From positions 20,270,943-20,334,942 of the forward strand of contig NC_057745.1 of the NCBI RefSeq assembly GCF_004010195.1: DNA of 64,000 nucleotides. The letters are read 5' to 3'. Both the position numbers and the translations under genes were made by a program. Of this stretch, positions 23,861-36,779 are shown piece after piece. This DNA comes from Chiloscyllium plagiosum (lineage: Eukaryota). The notes beneath the pieces were generated by a model. The model was not told where the DNA came from, made no database searches, and saw only the letters and a list, made by a program, of their open reading frames with translations. How positions within the stretch are numbered: the stretch's first letter is position 1; each line of letters starts with the position of its first letter.

Positions 23861-26041
23861 TATCATGCAACCTTTTTAAACTAGCATTCAAAATTAGCAA
23901 GCCATTAATGTCAGGTTTGTACACACTTGCAGTTGGCCTATTGAAGTGTCCATAATAAAAGCCAATCTATAATTTTGGCCTATGGAACTCTCTCCACATG
24001 ATATCAAGAATAGCTGAAGGCACTTGATTTTGGAAACAGTGTGGGCTCTGACAACATTTCAGAAACAGTACTGAAGACTTGTGCTCCAGGAAAACTGTAT
24101 CTTTAGCCAAATTATTCAAGTGCAGATATAACTCAGAACTGACAATATAGAAAACTGCCTCCTATGCCCTGTCAACAGGGACAGACCCAATCTGGCCAAT
24201 TGCTGCCCCATAATCATCAGCAAAATGATGGAAGTTGTTGTTAGCAGTGCTACCAGGTGACATTAACCTGCTCAGTTATGCTCAGTTTGAGTTTCACAAG
24301 TTGGGCTGAATGGCCTGTTTCAATGTTGTATGACTCTATATTGGAGGCCTGCCACCCCTCACTTTGCCCCATCCTTACGGAATATTGTCCCTCAAGCTAT
24401 ATGTAGCCAATAATCTTTCTGTAATGGAGATACTTTTGGTCCTTTGTGGACAATGGCTAATTATCAAGTCAACATGTCTGAGTTGGTTTGCCACATGGTT
24501 GTAAAATATTTAATTCTGTAACCAGGTGTCTAGGTGGGTCCCCAACTTGAATAGCTAGACACATTAAGATTCTATTGATATCCAGGGATGCCTTCTCTGG
24601 AGTTGTCAACGGAGAGATGGCTGGGAACCTGCCATTGGTCTGCATCTCCTCCGTGTGTTCTGTGCTTCCTTTGCAAAACGGGAAAGTAACTAAAGTGACA
24701 TTGCATTTAAAGATGTGTCAGTGGTGAATGTGAGGAAGTGTACAGGCAGAAAGGGATAGGTAGAACTTCAAAGTAGTGTGAGGAATGAATTATTGAAGTA
24801 TGCTTGAGAAAGCAGAGCAAAGTGTTGATATAATATACCTCACAGGATGTCAGTGAAGTGCCATTCTCACCTTTTCTACTCTGCTTATGTCATTCCTGCT
24901 CTTCTTTCTGAACACGTGGGCTTCTTCCAGCCTGCACTTCTGTTTCATGGGCAGACCTTTTCTTCTCACAATAGGGAAGAAAATGTTTATGTGGACTCTT
25001 ACATTGCTAGCATCTCATCCAAAGCAGCATCACAAGATGAAACAAGAGATGAAACAAGGCACAATCTTTGAATATCTGATTTAAATTCAGTCAGTTCCTT
25101 TTGTTGTGCTGTTGACTCCAAAATCCATGGTTGGCATGTTGCTTTAAATTTTGAAGTTGAAATTAACACATAGAGTCATAGAGGCATAGAGATGTACAGC
25201 ATGGAAACAAATCCTTCGGTCCAACCCGACCAGATATCCCCTGTCATTAAGCTGGCTCATATAAATTGGTTGGAAAACCAAGAGTGACACATTGGCTGGG
25301 TTAAAAAGCCAATGGACACACCTGTTGTCAACATGACAGGAATTTAAATTCTAATCAGACGTTTCAGAGACCAGCAGAAACGTACGTCAAATAAAATTAG
25401 CACTTTCTAGATAGGTTATGGGGAAAAGTAGGAATAATTCTAATTTACTTTCTAAACTGCACAGTTTCTTACTTTGTAATCATCAAAAAAATACATTTTT
25501 TACTGAAATCAAGCAAATTGAAAATATTGAATTCACCATCTTTCATGTACTCTACAAATGTGACTCCTCTCCATTCAACAAAGTGAATGAGTTATTCAAA
25601 TTTCATTTTATACAGTCTTGCTATTTTGTGATGAATACATGTTAAACTCACTTTGTCAAGCACACAGACCAAATAAAAGGTAAATCTTTCCATATTTTCC
25701 TTCTTGTTGTTGTTGGCTGCCCTTCGATTCAAGGATGACATCTACTCAAAATTGCAAATTTTTGTCACAAATCTTTATGTGACTGAACAGGCTGACCCTT
25801 GACCTGTAGGTCTTTGGGCCTATGGAGTAGGATCTCCCATAAGATGGCAGGATCTGGAGCACAAGAATTGCTTCCTTTTCTTTCCCTTAAATTCTGCTAC
25901 TCTGTCTAATCATTAAGAAGTTGAAGCTCAAATCATGATTTTGCTTGATGATCAAGTTGTCACCATTTTGAACACTTTATAGCAAACCCCTGCAAATCAT
26001 AAATGCCATTGCTGCCAGTCTTCAGGGAGAGCTTAGGATGT

Positions 26042-26776
26042 TGTTACAACACAGGGTAAACCTCTCAGCTAATTTAAACCAGCCACACAGAAAAAGTTCA
26101 CCTTACGCTGTAACCTGTTAAAATTTGAGAGGCAAACATCTATCCCAGAGGTCACTGTTTAAAGTAAAAATTACCAATTTTATTCTTGAAGTCCAACAAA
26201 GAAATATTAAAACCAACAACTATTTACAACTCCTTTATTTTAAACCTATCTTTTACCTCCCACTCTACAATACTGGTCCGATAAAACAAAATCCTGATTA
26301 AGATTTACAAAAAAAAACATGGTTCAAAAACCATGCTTTGTCGATTCTCCTTTGTACATTTTCCTCTGTAGATTTTCTCTAGGTCAGTTTCAGTGTTCTG
26401 CTGTGCAAACTTCTTATAGACAGGTATCTTTCAGAGAGCTCTTCAACCAGCAGTCTATATTTGTAGATGGCCTTGCAGTTCTTCTTCTAATTGTTCAAAA
26501 TGTCCGGTTTTATATCCCAAAACATCAGATCGTTTCACTGGTTTTAATATTATCAAAATACTAAATTCAAATTTGATTGGATTTCGTTTTCTTGGGGCAT
26601 AATTTAAACTGATTGGCTGAATTTGAATTTGTTTTTGTTTCATGACAACTCAGTTGTAGCTATCAGTTTCCCAAGTGTTACATTCTTACTTTGTTCAGGA
26701 CTCTCTGTGCTTTGTCAGTCCTTGCTAGCTTTTCAACTCTCTTAAAGGTACAGTACACCTCTATACCTTCATAACA
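26042..26776 (-). mobile_element. Solo LTR inserted in an RTE-like fragment
   Basis: TGTTA...TAACA termini; flanks ATGT and GTGT; AATAAA on the minus strand. Confidence 0.65.
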
Positions 26777-28427
26777 GTGTTGTTATAGCATTTTCTTTGT
26801 CCTCCTCTGTAACAGTGGCCATCTGAAATTTATGAAAACAGGACCTGATGGGGTAGATACTTTTCAGCGATCCAGTTTATTTTAGTTGATTTTGCAGATG
26901 TTTTTCATTAGTAATTGCAGAGCTGGCTTAAAATATTATTCATGCACTAACATTTATTCAATCGTCCTCCTATTGATTCCAGCAAATGGGGAAGATACAT
27001 TGCTGGTGGAATTTCTCTAGTGCTCTTATGTGTCACTAATATACAGTCCCATTCTCATTATAGTACAGCAGTTTTATGAACTATAGCAGTGAGTGTTTGA
27101 CAACCAAGCGCTCCACTAGTCAACGTAACGCCTAGTGAGAAAGCTGGTTGCCATCACCGCATTCCTGTACTGCGGTGAGAACTAGACTAAGTAATGCCAG
27201 TTGGGATGCTCCGATATCATGATGCTATGTGTTCAGTTTCAAACAAACAGTATTGCTTTTTCCATTCGTAACTTAACAATGAAAATTCCACGTTTTGGAA
27301 ATAACTACTTGAAAAATGCAATGGAGGCTTTTAAGTCAGATTAAACAATAATACAGTCCTGGTAGCCTGTTGTTTCATTTGAACATCATTTCTCTAAAGC
27401 ATTAATGATTTTATGTGAATTTTAGAATGATAATGTTATGATAAAGCTAGAATGATAAATTGGAATAGCGTTTTATTATACTGCCATAATTGTGTTTTCA
27501 AAGACATTTTTAAACCTGAAATTTTAATTTAATGGTGAAATTAGGTAACTCATCTGGAGCAGAAAATGGGTGTAAAGAGAGTGTGAGAATATGGAAAATA
27601 GAAAACGAAAATGATTATTTAAAGAGGAAAAGGGAATGGATCCAACAATAGCCCAATGCTTTCAATATCACTGAGGTACAACAAAAGAAGAAACCGGTGA
27701 ACAATAAGGAGAAGAGAATGAGATTCAAAGCAATCTGCTGAAGAACAGTATCTTAAAAGAAGACATGATATCCACATTAAAGTGTCACTGGACAATGGTT
27801 ATCTGTTGTTATTCTGAAATAATATAACAAACTTTCACCGGAGTTGTTTTATTGTTGATGATTACCATCTTATTTGCTTTTCTAAAAAAAATTCCAAAAT
27901 ATTTACCATGATAAATGTGGTGTACTAAGGAGAACGAGGATTGAGCAAATTTTACACTTTTTAACTTGTACTAAGTTACTTTGCTTTAATTATTAAACTG
28001 TCTGATGTTATCTCATTTAACATAGTTAGATGCATAATTGTGTTTGTGAAGTACCTGACACCTCAGAATCGGCAAACATTTTCAATACCTCACGTAATAA
28101 TGATTCATACTTAACAGTGCCCGATCTTTTAATTTGATTGAGTTTATATTATTGAATCAATTTTAATACAATATCTTAAATTAATGTACATTTTGATACT
28201 TCTGTTTTAATAACATTCAGGCATCTTTGAGACAGTTGCTGTATGCCCACAATATGCATTCTGACTCCATAAATGTTCTGGTGATTGCTGGTGAAAGACT
28301 AATGTGTGAATTAATTCTGGAATTTGCATTTCATGACTAGGTTGTTACACTTCCATTGTGTCAGACAGGTATGCATAGTAATTGGAAAACTTTTTTCAGT
28401 CACCCTATTCATTTTGAATAATAGAAT

Positions 28428-28945
28428 TTCCTATCAGAACGATGGTGTGAAACTTGAAAGAGTTCAGAAAAGATTTACAAGGATGTTGCCAAAGTTGGAG
28501 GATTTCAGACATCGGGAGAGGCTGAATAGGCTGGGGCTGTTTTCCCTGGAGCATGAGAGACAAATGGGTGATTTTATAGAGGTTTATAAAATCATAAGGG
28601 GCATGGATATGGTATACAGATAATGTCTTTTCCCCAGGTTGGGGGAGTCCAGAAGTAGAGAAAATAGGTTTCAGGTGAGAGGGGAAGAATTTAAAAAGGA
28701 CCTAAAGGGCAACTATTTCACACAGAGGGTGGTTCATGTGTGGAATGATCTGCTGAGGAAGTGGTGGAGGCTGGTACAATTACAACATTTAAAAAGCATC
28801 TGGATAGGTATATGAATAGAAAGGGTTTAGAGGGATATGGGCCATGTACTGGCAAATGGGACTAGATTAGGTTAGGGTATCTGGTCAGCATGGACGAGTT
28901 GGAGCGAAGAGTCTGTTTCCATGCTGTGCATCTCTCTGACTCTAA
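28428..28945 (+). mobile_element. CR1/HER1 LINE 3' fragment
   Basis: [14 protein letters not shown]; same 3' end as the 6160-6670 segment. Confidence 0.9.
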
Positions 28946-29285
28946 GAGCTCAGACATTCTTTGCTCCGAGGCATTCAGGCATATTACACTCTGTATATCC
29001 TAAGAACAGTCATATTCAACTCAAAACATTGACCCTGTTTCTCTCTCTGCAGATGCTGCCCGAGCTATGAAATTTTTCCAGCACTTATATTAAATCTCAG
29101 TTTTCCAGCTTCTGTTGCTTTTTGTTTTCATGAATAAAATTAAAACAACCAGGTTTGGTAGATATGAAGTATATGGGGCAGGATTTTTTGGGTAGCAGGG
29201 TTGGCCACTGCAAGATCTAGAAAGTTAGTGGTGAATGGACCCCTGCCAATTGCTACATCCCTCAGCCATTTACTGTTTTAAGAGC

Positions 29286-29785
29286 NNNNNNNNNNNNNNN
29301 NNNNNNNNNNNNNNNNNNNNNNNNNNNNNNNNNNNNNNNNNNNNNNNNNNNNNNNNNNNNNNNNNNNNNNNNNNNNNNNNNNNNNNNNNNNNNNNNNNNN
29401 NNNNNNNNNNNNNNNNNNNNNNNNNNNNNNNNNNNNNNNNNNNNNNNNNNNNNNNNNNNNNNNNNNNNNNNNNNNNNNNNNNNNNNNNNNNNNNNNNNNN
29501 NNNNNNNNNNNNNNNNNNNNNNNNNNNNNNNNNNNNNNNNNNNNNNNNNNNNNNNNNNNNNNNNNNNNNNNNNNNNNNNNNNNNNNNNNNNNNNNNNNNN
29601 NNNNNNNNNNNNNNNNNNNNNNNNNNNNNNNNNNNNNNNNNNNNNNNNNNNNNNNNNNNNNNNNNNNNNNNNNNNNNNNNNNNNNNNNNNNNNNNNNNNN
29701 NNNNNNNNNNNNNNNNNNNNNNNNNNNNNNNNNNNNNNNNNNNNNNNNNNNNNNNNNNNNNNNNNNNNNNNNNNNNNNNNNNNNN
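29286..29785. other. Assembly gap (500 N)
   Basis: Run of N. Confidence 1.
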
Positions 29786-31388
29786 AAAAATATAAAATGT
29801 ATCTAAGTGGAGATTTTCTCCCTTGTTCCCAGGGGGTGTCACTTCCTCTCCAATAGTCCATCATATCCTCTCCCAACCAATGCCCCACCCTTGACCCAGG
29901 CACTCCTCAATAAAATGAGGAGAATTCAGATATAATACAAAGCTAGAGTTAACAGTGAGCACCCTACCCCAACCCATACCAACACCTGGATATATTTGGT
30001 AATGTTAATACCATATATAAACATTTAACTATAAAATTATAACCTCAACAAATAATAAATAAATATACTAATACAAAATAACAAGGGAGAAACAACCCTG
30101 CTCCTAAAGACAAAGGTAAAATTGAATAAGGTAACCACCTCCCCCACCAACATTAACCAAACCCCCCAGCTTATATATATACACATACATACACATACAT
30201 CCCACATATATGCACAAAAAAAAAAGAAAACAACCCCAAGGGGGGGGAGAAAATCAAATCCCTCTCCCCACGATAATATTAATCAGTAAAGTAAGAAAAA
30301 AAAGGGGGATATAAACCAAAGCGGGAGGAAAGGCAAACCAACATCCATTATGTCTTACAATTTATCTAAGAGAGTCCAAGAATTCCTTAGCCTTTCTGGC
30401 GATCCGAAGTTATATACGGATCCTTCATGGTTAAAGCGTAGCATCGCTGGGTAGCGTACGGAGAACTGAATATTTAAGTCCCTTAAACGCTTCTTCGCCT
30501 CGTCGAATGCCTTCCTCTTTCGGACCAGAGCTGGGGAAAAGTCCTGGAATAACATGATCTTGGATCCTTTATAGATCATAGCTTGGGGGTCTTTTCCAAG
30601 ATTTCTAGAGGCTTCTAGGAGTATCTGCCTCTCCTTGTAGCTCTGCAGCCGGAACAGTATCGGGCGTGGGCGCTGGTTCGAGCCAGGTCCGCGTATTGTG
30701 ACCCGGTAGGCCCATTCCACCCTTACCTGGCCTGATCCAGCTTCCAGATTTAAAAGCTGTGGCAGCCACTTCTCGAGGAACGCTGTAAGCTGGCCTTCCT
30801 CTTCCCATTCGGGAAGGCCCAGCAAACGAATATTTTTTCGACGACCTCGATTATCGATGTCGTCAATGTAATTCTCTAAGGTCCGGACTTGCTGTTCGAG
30901 AGTCCGGACTCGATCCATGGCCGATTGCGCTGTGGTTTCGGAGGTCGCAGCCTTTAACTTCGCCCCTCCGACTCGGCGCTCGATCTCCTTAATGTCTCGG
31001 TCGTGCTTCTGCAGTGCGGCCGAGAGTGAGTCCCATCGACTTCAGGACTCCTCGATAAAAGCATCAATCTTCGCGTCCAGCTTGGAGATCATCTCCACAA
31101 GGCTTGTCACTGTAGGTAAGTCCCCCGGGGCGGCTGTGGACACCTCAGCTGCAGCTGGAGAGGGTGGGGGAGGGGTTCCTGCTTGCTGAGAGCTGCGGGC
31201 TCCCTTCCCTTTGGTCATTTTTACTAAATATCAGACTATTTAAATGTAATACTAAGCAACTAATTAAATTAAACAGCTATTATGAATGATTTGGTGAGTG
31301 TGATGGGGGTGGGTGACCCACTTTACCCGAGTCTTGGGAAGAGCACTATAGACTCACACTTGCTGGGTCGCCACCATCTTGGATCCCC
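29786..31388 (-). mobile_element. L1-clade LINE 5' part: 5' UTR, ORF1 (31218-30355, one in-frame TGA at 31044-31042) and inter-ORF, running into an assembly gap
   Basis: The 5' end GGGGATCCAAGATGGTGGCG is YY1-like; ORF1 LENYIDDIDNRGRRKNIRLLGLPE...FQDFSPALVRKRKAF resembles L1 ORF1p. Confidence 0.9.
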
Positions 31389-33134
31389 AACAATCTCCTA
31401 GTTTTATGTTTACTATTAGTTAAACTAGTTTTTATTCCAGAATTACTCAATTAGTTAATTAACTGTATTTGAATGCCCAACAACTGCTGTGGGATTTGGA
31501 TTCACAGATTACTGATTCAGTGAGATATCCAGAATACCTTGGGTATCACCAATTATCTATCAATATTTGAATAAAACATCTTCCATAATAAAGTAAAAGT
31601 TTATCATTTAACAAAGAGATTCCATCCCTTTTTGGTATATATTGATGAAGTTTCTCTGATCTACCATTTTGGAATTAAGAGCTATTTTAAATTATACAGT
31701 ACCAAGGACTTAAAGTTTTAATTTTGTAGTGAGATTAGAAACTGATATTTAAAATCATTGAGGACTATAATTTATCACATTTAGCACAGTGCTTTGGATA
31801 ACAAATTATACCATTCAGGAAAATAAAATTGTACTGTATCGATGATTTGTAGTTGCAGGATCATTTGATACCTCAGTGTGGTCATCCCTGTCCTTTTGCA
31901 AGTTGCCCAGGCCTAGGTCAGAGTTCCCTGCTCAAGGTTACAAACTAGGCTCAGTGATGGAACCAGCAAATTTTTGGTGGTGATGACGGAAGAGCAAGAA
32001 CCTCAAGGTTACAGCTGTTTACAGGCAGAGGACACCTCAACAAAAGTGGTTTTGTTTCCTTTAAATGCACATGGGAAAGATAACAGGAAGCCACCTTGTA
32101 TTCTTTTCCGTTGTTATATTGCTCATTGCTATTGGTAGTTGTCAGTGTCAGGTTCTTATAAACAACTGAAGAGCAATGCAAGGCAAAGGGAAATGGGCAC
32201 AGGATCTATCCTTGGGATGATTCACACTACACAAGAATGAATACTAATTTTCTAAATTGTTTAAGAGGACACTAAGTAGTATCAAAAGAAGTGAAGGAAT
32301 ATTCAGAAAAATGTGATTGTTAACGAGGTTTTAATATCCTTGGCATATGCTTCATTTCTTTGGAACTGCTTCAAGTTTCACTTTATCAGCTTGTTTTTTT
32401 AAAGAAGTAGCTATATTATTATGGGCTAGCTATTTGATAAAGAGATACATTTTGTGATATATAAAACCAAAAGAAAGACAATGTGTAACTGAACTGTGAC
32501 TCTCTCTGCTGACCTGTCGGGTATTTTCTTTTGCCTATTCTGTTTCTTTAATATATTGTAGGCATTATTTGGAGAAATTACAATTAAAGTGCCTTTGTTC
32601 TGTTTAATGATTACTTTGAAAGTAGATATAAGCAAGCTGGCGTTCATTTACACATTTCAACTGCTAACATTGAAATTTCAAGGGAATATTGTGAGTGAGT
32701 CAGGATTTATGCCTTTTTTCAAGCAATTAAATCTCCTGTTAAAGAAAATCATAGGGACTTCTGTAACATCAATAGCACATAACAGCATAGTTTCAAGAAA
32801 GTGAAGTAGTGTGATCCATAACTGTAAAGTTGCACATACAGTATTGGTATTTGTGTTCAGACAGTATGTTGTCTGTGGATAAATCTTGTTCAGATAGAGG
32901 ACAGGTTAGAGATCACATGTAGAGATGGGCAGTGTGAGACACCAATAGACACATTTTTGAGGAACTAGAACATACTGTAAAGTAGAACACTGTGTACTGT
33001 AGAACACACTGTAAAGTAATCTAATCTAATAAATGACAGGCTGAAGGGACCCCATTTTGTACTGTAAAATTTGATGATTCTTATAGTATTGAATAGGGTG
33101 ATGTTGAGCAATGTACTGGTATTTTAAAGAAAAT

Positions 33135-33620
33135 ATTTAGGGATGTGGGTCTCACAGGGTGGGCCAGCATTTATTGCCTGCTCCTAATTACCTGTGAGAA
33201 AGCGGTGGTGAGCAATCATCTTGAACCACTGTAGGAACATGTCCAACACATTTGCTCGGGACTTCCAAGAGCTTGACCCAACAAAGAGAATGTATGATGA
33301 TATATTTCCAAATCTGGATTGTGAGTGGATTGGAGAGGAACTTGCAGGTGGTGGTGTTGCTGTGTTTCTATTGTGTCATCCTCTTTGATGGTAGATGTCA
33401 TGGGTTTGGAAGGTCCTAAGGAGCCTTTATGAATTTTGGGAGTGCATCTTGTAGATGGAGCACAATGTTGCTAATGAGCATTGGTAATAGAGAGAATGAA
33501 TGGTTATGGATGTGGTGCCTGTCAAGTGTGCTGCTTTGTCCTGGATGATGTTAAGCCTCTTGAAAGTTGTAGGAACTATAGTCACCAAGACAATTAGGGA
33601 GTATTCCATCACTTTCTTGA
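33135..33620 (-). mobile_element. LINE 3' fragment (CR1/L2 group); related copies at ~43610-44165 (+) and ~63075-63240 (-)
   Basis: KVKKVMEYS...RLNIIQDKAAHL; 3' end GCAATAAATGCTGGCC shared with the second SINE family. Confidence 0.7.
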
Positions 33621-33621
33621 C

Positions 33622-34010
33622 TTTGATTTGATTTGATTTATTATCACATGTACCGAAGTACAATGAAAAGCTTTGAGTACAAGCAGAACATAGGAAGCAC
33701 AGATGTACAGACAGGATGTACAGATCAAAAAGACTTAGACAGAGGCATACAGGTTACATTGCACAGGGTGTGCTCTAGGTGAGATCAACATTAGCTAGAT
33801 CAGCATTATTTGAAGCAAGAGAGTCCATTCATCAGTCTAATAATGGCTAGGAAGAAGCTGTTCCTGAACCTGCTGGTGCATGTGTTCAGGCTTCTGTATC
33901 TTCTGCCTGACGGAAGAGGTTGTAGAAGATCTTTACTGGGATGCAATGGGTCTTTGATGCTGGCAGCCTTTCCGCGGTTGCGAGCAGTGTAAATGGAGTC
34001 CATGGATGGA
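33622..34010 (-). mobile_element. Rex1/Babar-like LINE 3' fragment with a (CAAAT)n tail
   Basis: DPLHPSKDLLQPLPSGRRYRSLNTCTSRFRNSFF. Confidence 0.7.
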
Positions 34011-34720
34011 AGTCAAAAAGTGTGGTGCTGGAAAAGCACAGCCAGTCAGGCAGCATCCAAGGAGCAGGAGAGTTGACGTTTTGAGCATGAGCTCTTCATC
34101 AGGAATGAGGTGATGGCCCAAGGGAGCTGGGAGATAAATGGAGGAGGGGGAGGAGGGCTGCTGGGGGAAGGTGGCTGGAAATGCCATTAGTAAATGAAGC
34201 TGGGGGGTGATGGTGATAGGTCGAGGAGGAGGGTGAAGCAGATAGGTAGGAAGGAAGACAGACAGGTAGGCCAGTTCAAGAGGGTGTTGCTGAGTTGGAA
34301 GGTTGGCTCTGGGATAAGGTGGGAGGAAGGGAAAATGAGAAAACTATTGAAATCTACATTGATCCTGTTTGGTTGGAGGGTTCCAAGGCAGAAGATGAAG
34401 CATTCTTCCTCCAGGCGATGGGTGGCTAGCGTTTGGCAGTGGAGGAGGCCCAGGACTTGCATATCCTTGGTGGAGTGGGAGGGGGAGTTAAAGTGTTCGG
34501 CCACAGGGTGGTGGAGTTGTTTAGTGCGTGTGTCCCAGAGATGTTATGTGAAATGTTTCACAAGTTGGTGTCCTGTCTCTCCAATATAGAGGAGACCACA
34601 TCGGGAGCAACGGACACAGTAGATGACATGTGCAGAAGTACAGATAAATCTCTGTCGGATGTGGAAGGATCATTTGGGGCGTTGAACGGAGATGAATGGG
34701 GAGGTGTGGGTGCAAAGCAA
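34010..34720 (-). mobile_element. Penelope-like retroelement 3' fragment: GIY-YIG endonuclease followed by a pLTR with a degenerate hammerhead (34072-34105)
   Basis: Minus frame reads FICTSAHVIYCVRCSRCGLLYIGETGHQL...VAEHFNSPSHS...LGTLQPNRINVDF. Downstream is CUGAUGA-A-GAGC-UCAU-GCUC-AAAA-CGUC (G12 mutated). Confidence 0.9.
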
Positions 34721-35703
34721 AATAGTTGGTCAATCTGAGCCTGGATTTAGACTGTACTTTTAGCATTGTGGGATAAACAAACACTTAATTGTAATTTAAT
34801 TTAAACTGGATTTTATTGACACACCAAATCCCAATAGCTTCACTCACAGTAATTGAATTACATGCTGTTTAAATTAGGGAAGTTATGAACAATTTGGGAC
34901 CAGAAGCAAGTGTGTCATATTCAGGAGCTACATAATATATGCAATAATCTTAATACATTACTTAGTCAGCGAGAGCAGGGCTGCCAAAATGGGTGGTCTT
35001 TAAAATTATAGGATGGTTCTGGACAGTATTAATTGTTGAAGTAGCACTAGTCTTTAAATTGTTGAAATTTGGAGGTATTTTAAAGTTAAACAAGATAAAT
35101 CAGATTGGTATTTCAGGTCACAGATTAGAAATTGAGCCTAAACAAATTACTGACAAAGAGTAAGAGAATGAGACATGGAACTATTTTATCTAAATTACAA
35201 ACATAGGGACAGAAATGTAAGAGTGGGTTTGGGGGTGGGGACGGAACCATTGTTTTTACAAGTTGCTGCTGAGAAAGGAAATGGTGAGATGGGGAAGTGG
35301 TATTGTGCTGGGAGGCTTTTGAAATGCATCTGTAAGAGCCAGCAGACTTTGCATGCTAAACAAATACAAGGTGCAACAGCACTATCCGGTGTAGGAGTTT
35401 GTAAGATTTTACGTGAAAGAAAACATTTGATTGCTCGTTCTTGACATTTGTTGGGTCTGTCTATGTTCTTCCGAATGCTGCTTTATCAAGCATGCCTGAA
35501 AGAAATTATGACAAGAATACAGTTGTATACGTGATACATTTACATAAATTCTAATTTTGCACAATCTGTCCCCAGTCTCACAGACAAAACTGAGATGTTC
35601 TATTCATGGTGCCAACAAATATTAGCAGAAAATGTCATCAGTTGACTATTACAATACCACATGCACTCTCGAACCACGACGGCTTGCTCCCAGTCTCTTG
35701 AAG

Positions 35704-36561
35704 TCAAAGGGGGAGTAAATCGTGCACTCTCCTTTTGTCCGACCCAGTATTTAGGGAACGGTTACGGTACATCCCGCCAGTTTGAAGCACTGCAGAGAAG
35801 GACTGCGTTAGTGGTTTGTAGACTGAAGGTGCAATTTCACATGTCGGTTGGTTGGACCCATATGATGCACTGGTGGTTCTGAAGAGTGGATTTTGAGGTT
35901 TAACGAACGGAACGGGGGAATATGCCGCCGTCGGGAATTTCGCCATGCAAGAAAAGACAGGGTTACCAGGATTCGCGCAGGGAGACCACGGCTTCTCCAT
36001 ATCCTCTGCTTTTGCAGCAGTGGCTGGAATAGGACTACTTTCACTCGTTTCCTTTTTATGTTCAATTTCTGGAGCTAGAGATTGACTGCGATCATCACGG
36101 ACTGAGTTCTTACACTCACCCTTTGGAGCAAAGGATAAACGGACATCATCACACACACTGTCATCACATGGTTTTGCAACAAAAGCTGGATTGAAATCAT
36201 CCCGCACTTCATCACACTGAACCTTCTGAGCATGGGCTAAATCAACATCGTCACACATTATGTCCTTAGATTCAACCTTGGGCGCAAAAGATTGGTTAAA
36301 ATCCTTACATATTGAGTCTTCAATCTGATCCTTCTGAACAAGGGATGAATTAGGATCAATTTCACAATTTGTAGGCTCAACTTTTGAAAAGGGCAGTTTG
36401 GGATTGTCACACACCGAGTCTTCAAAGTGAATCTTTCCAGCGAGGGATGAGTTGGTATTGTCATCTCTGGGCTCAGCCTGGGGAGCAGTGGGATCATCAT
36501 CACAGTTCGGGTCTTTGAACTGAACTTTTCGAGCAGTCGCTCGAGTGGGATGACAGCTCAT
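35704..36561 (-). CDS. PIERCE2: Piercer of microtubule wall 2 (C15orf65 orthologue), 285 aa, with an N-terminal repeat extension
   Basis: The C-terminal ~98 aa (PCANPGNPVFSCM...KPQNPLFRTTSASYG...FSAVLQTGGMYRNRSLNT) match the PIERCE1/2 family. First ATG (ACCATGA) is at 36561; the ORF-track start at 36573 is TTG. Position head-to-head with CCPG1 is syntenic with mammals. Confidence 0.9.
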   Translation of the reverse strand: MSCHPTRATARKVQFKDPNCDDDPTAPQAEPRDDNTNSSLAGKIHFEDSVCDNPKLPFSKVEPTNCEIDPNSSLVQKDQIEDSICKDFNQSFAPKVESKDIMCDDVDLAHAQKVQCDEVRDDFNPAFVAKPCDDSVCDDVRLSFAPKGECKNSVRDDRSQSLAPEIEHKKETSESSPIPATAAKAEDMEKPWSPCANPGNPVFSCMAKFPTAAYSPVPFVKPQNPLFRTTSASYGSNQPTCEIAPSVYKPLTQSFSAVLQTGGMYRNRSLNTGSDKRRVHDLLPL

Positions 36562-36779
36562 GGTCCCTTTCAATAGGAAAATTCAGGTCTTCCCAGGTAG
36601 AACACAGTTTTTACACGGTCCTTTCTGCTCCTGATTTCCAGCACCCGCAATTCTTTGTTTTGTTTTCCCCCTTTCTGGGGCGTTCACAGATCCCTGCAGC
36701 TCCCCTTTGGCCAAGTACCAGTTTGACTGTGAAGTGAAGCAGTATCCAGAGGGAAATATTGTAACCAATGCAGTCAGCT

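Noticed and set aside
29235-29903. Long ORFs of 186-213 aa
   Set aside because: Artefacts of translating through the N gap; the same applies to the ORFs over 47863-48315.
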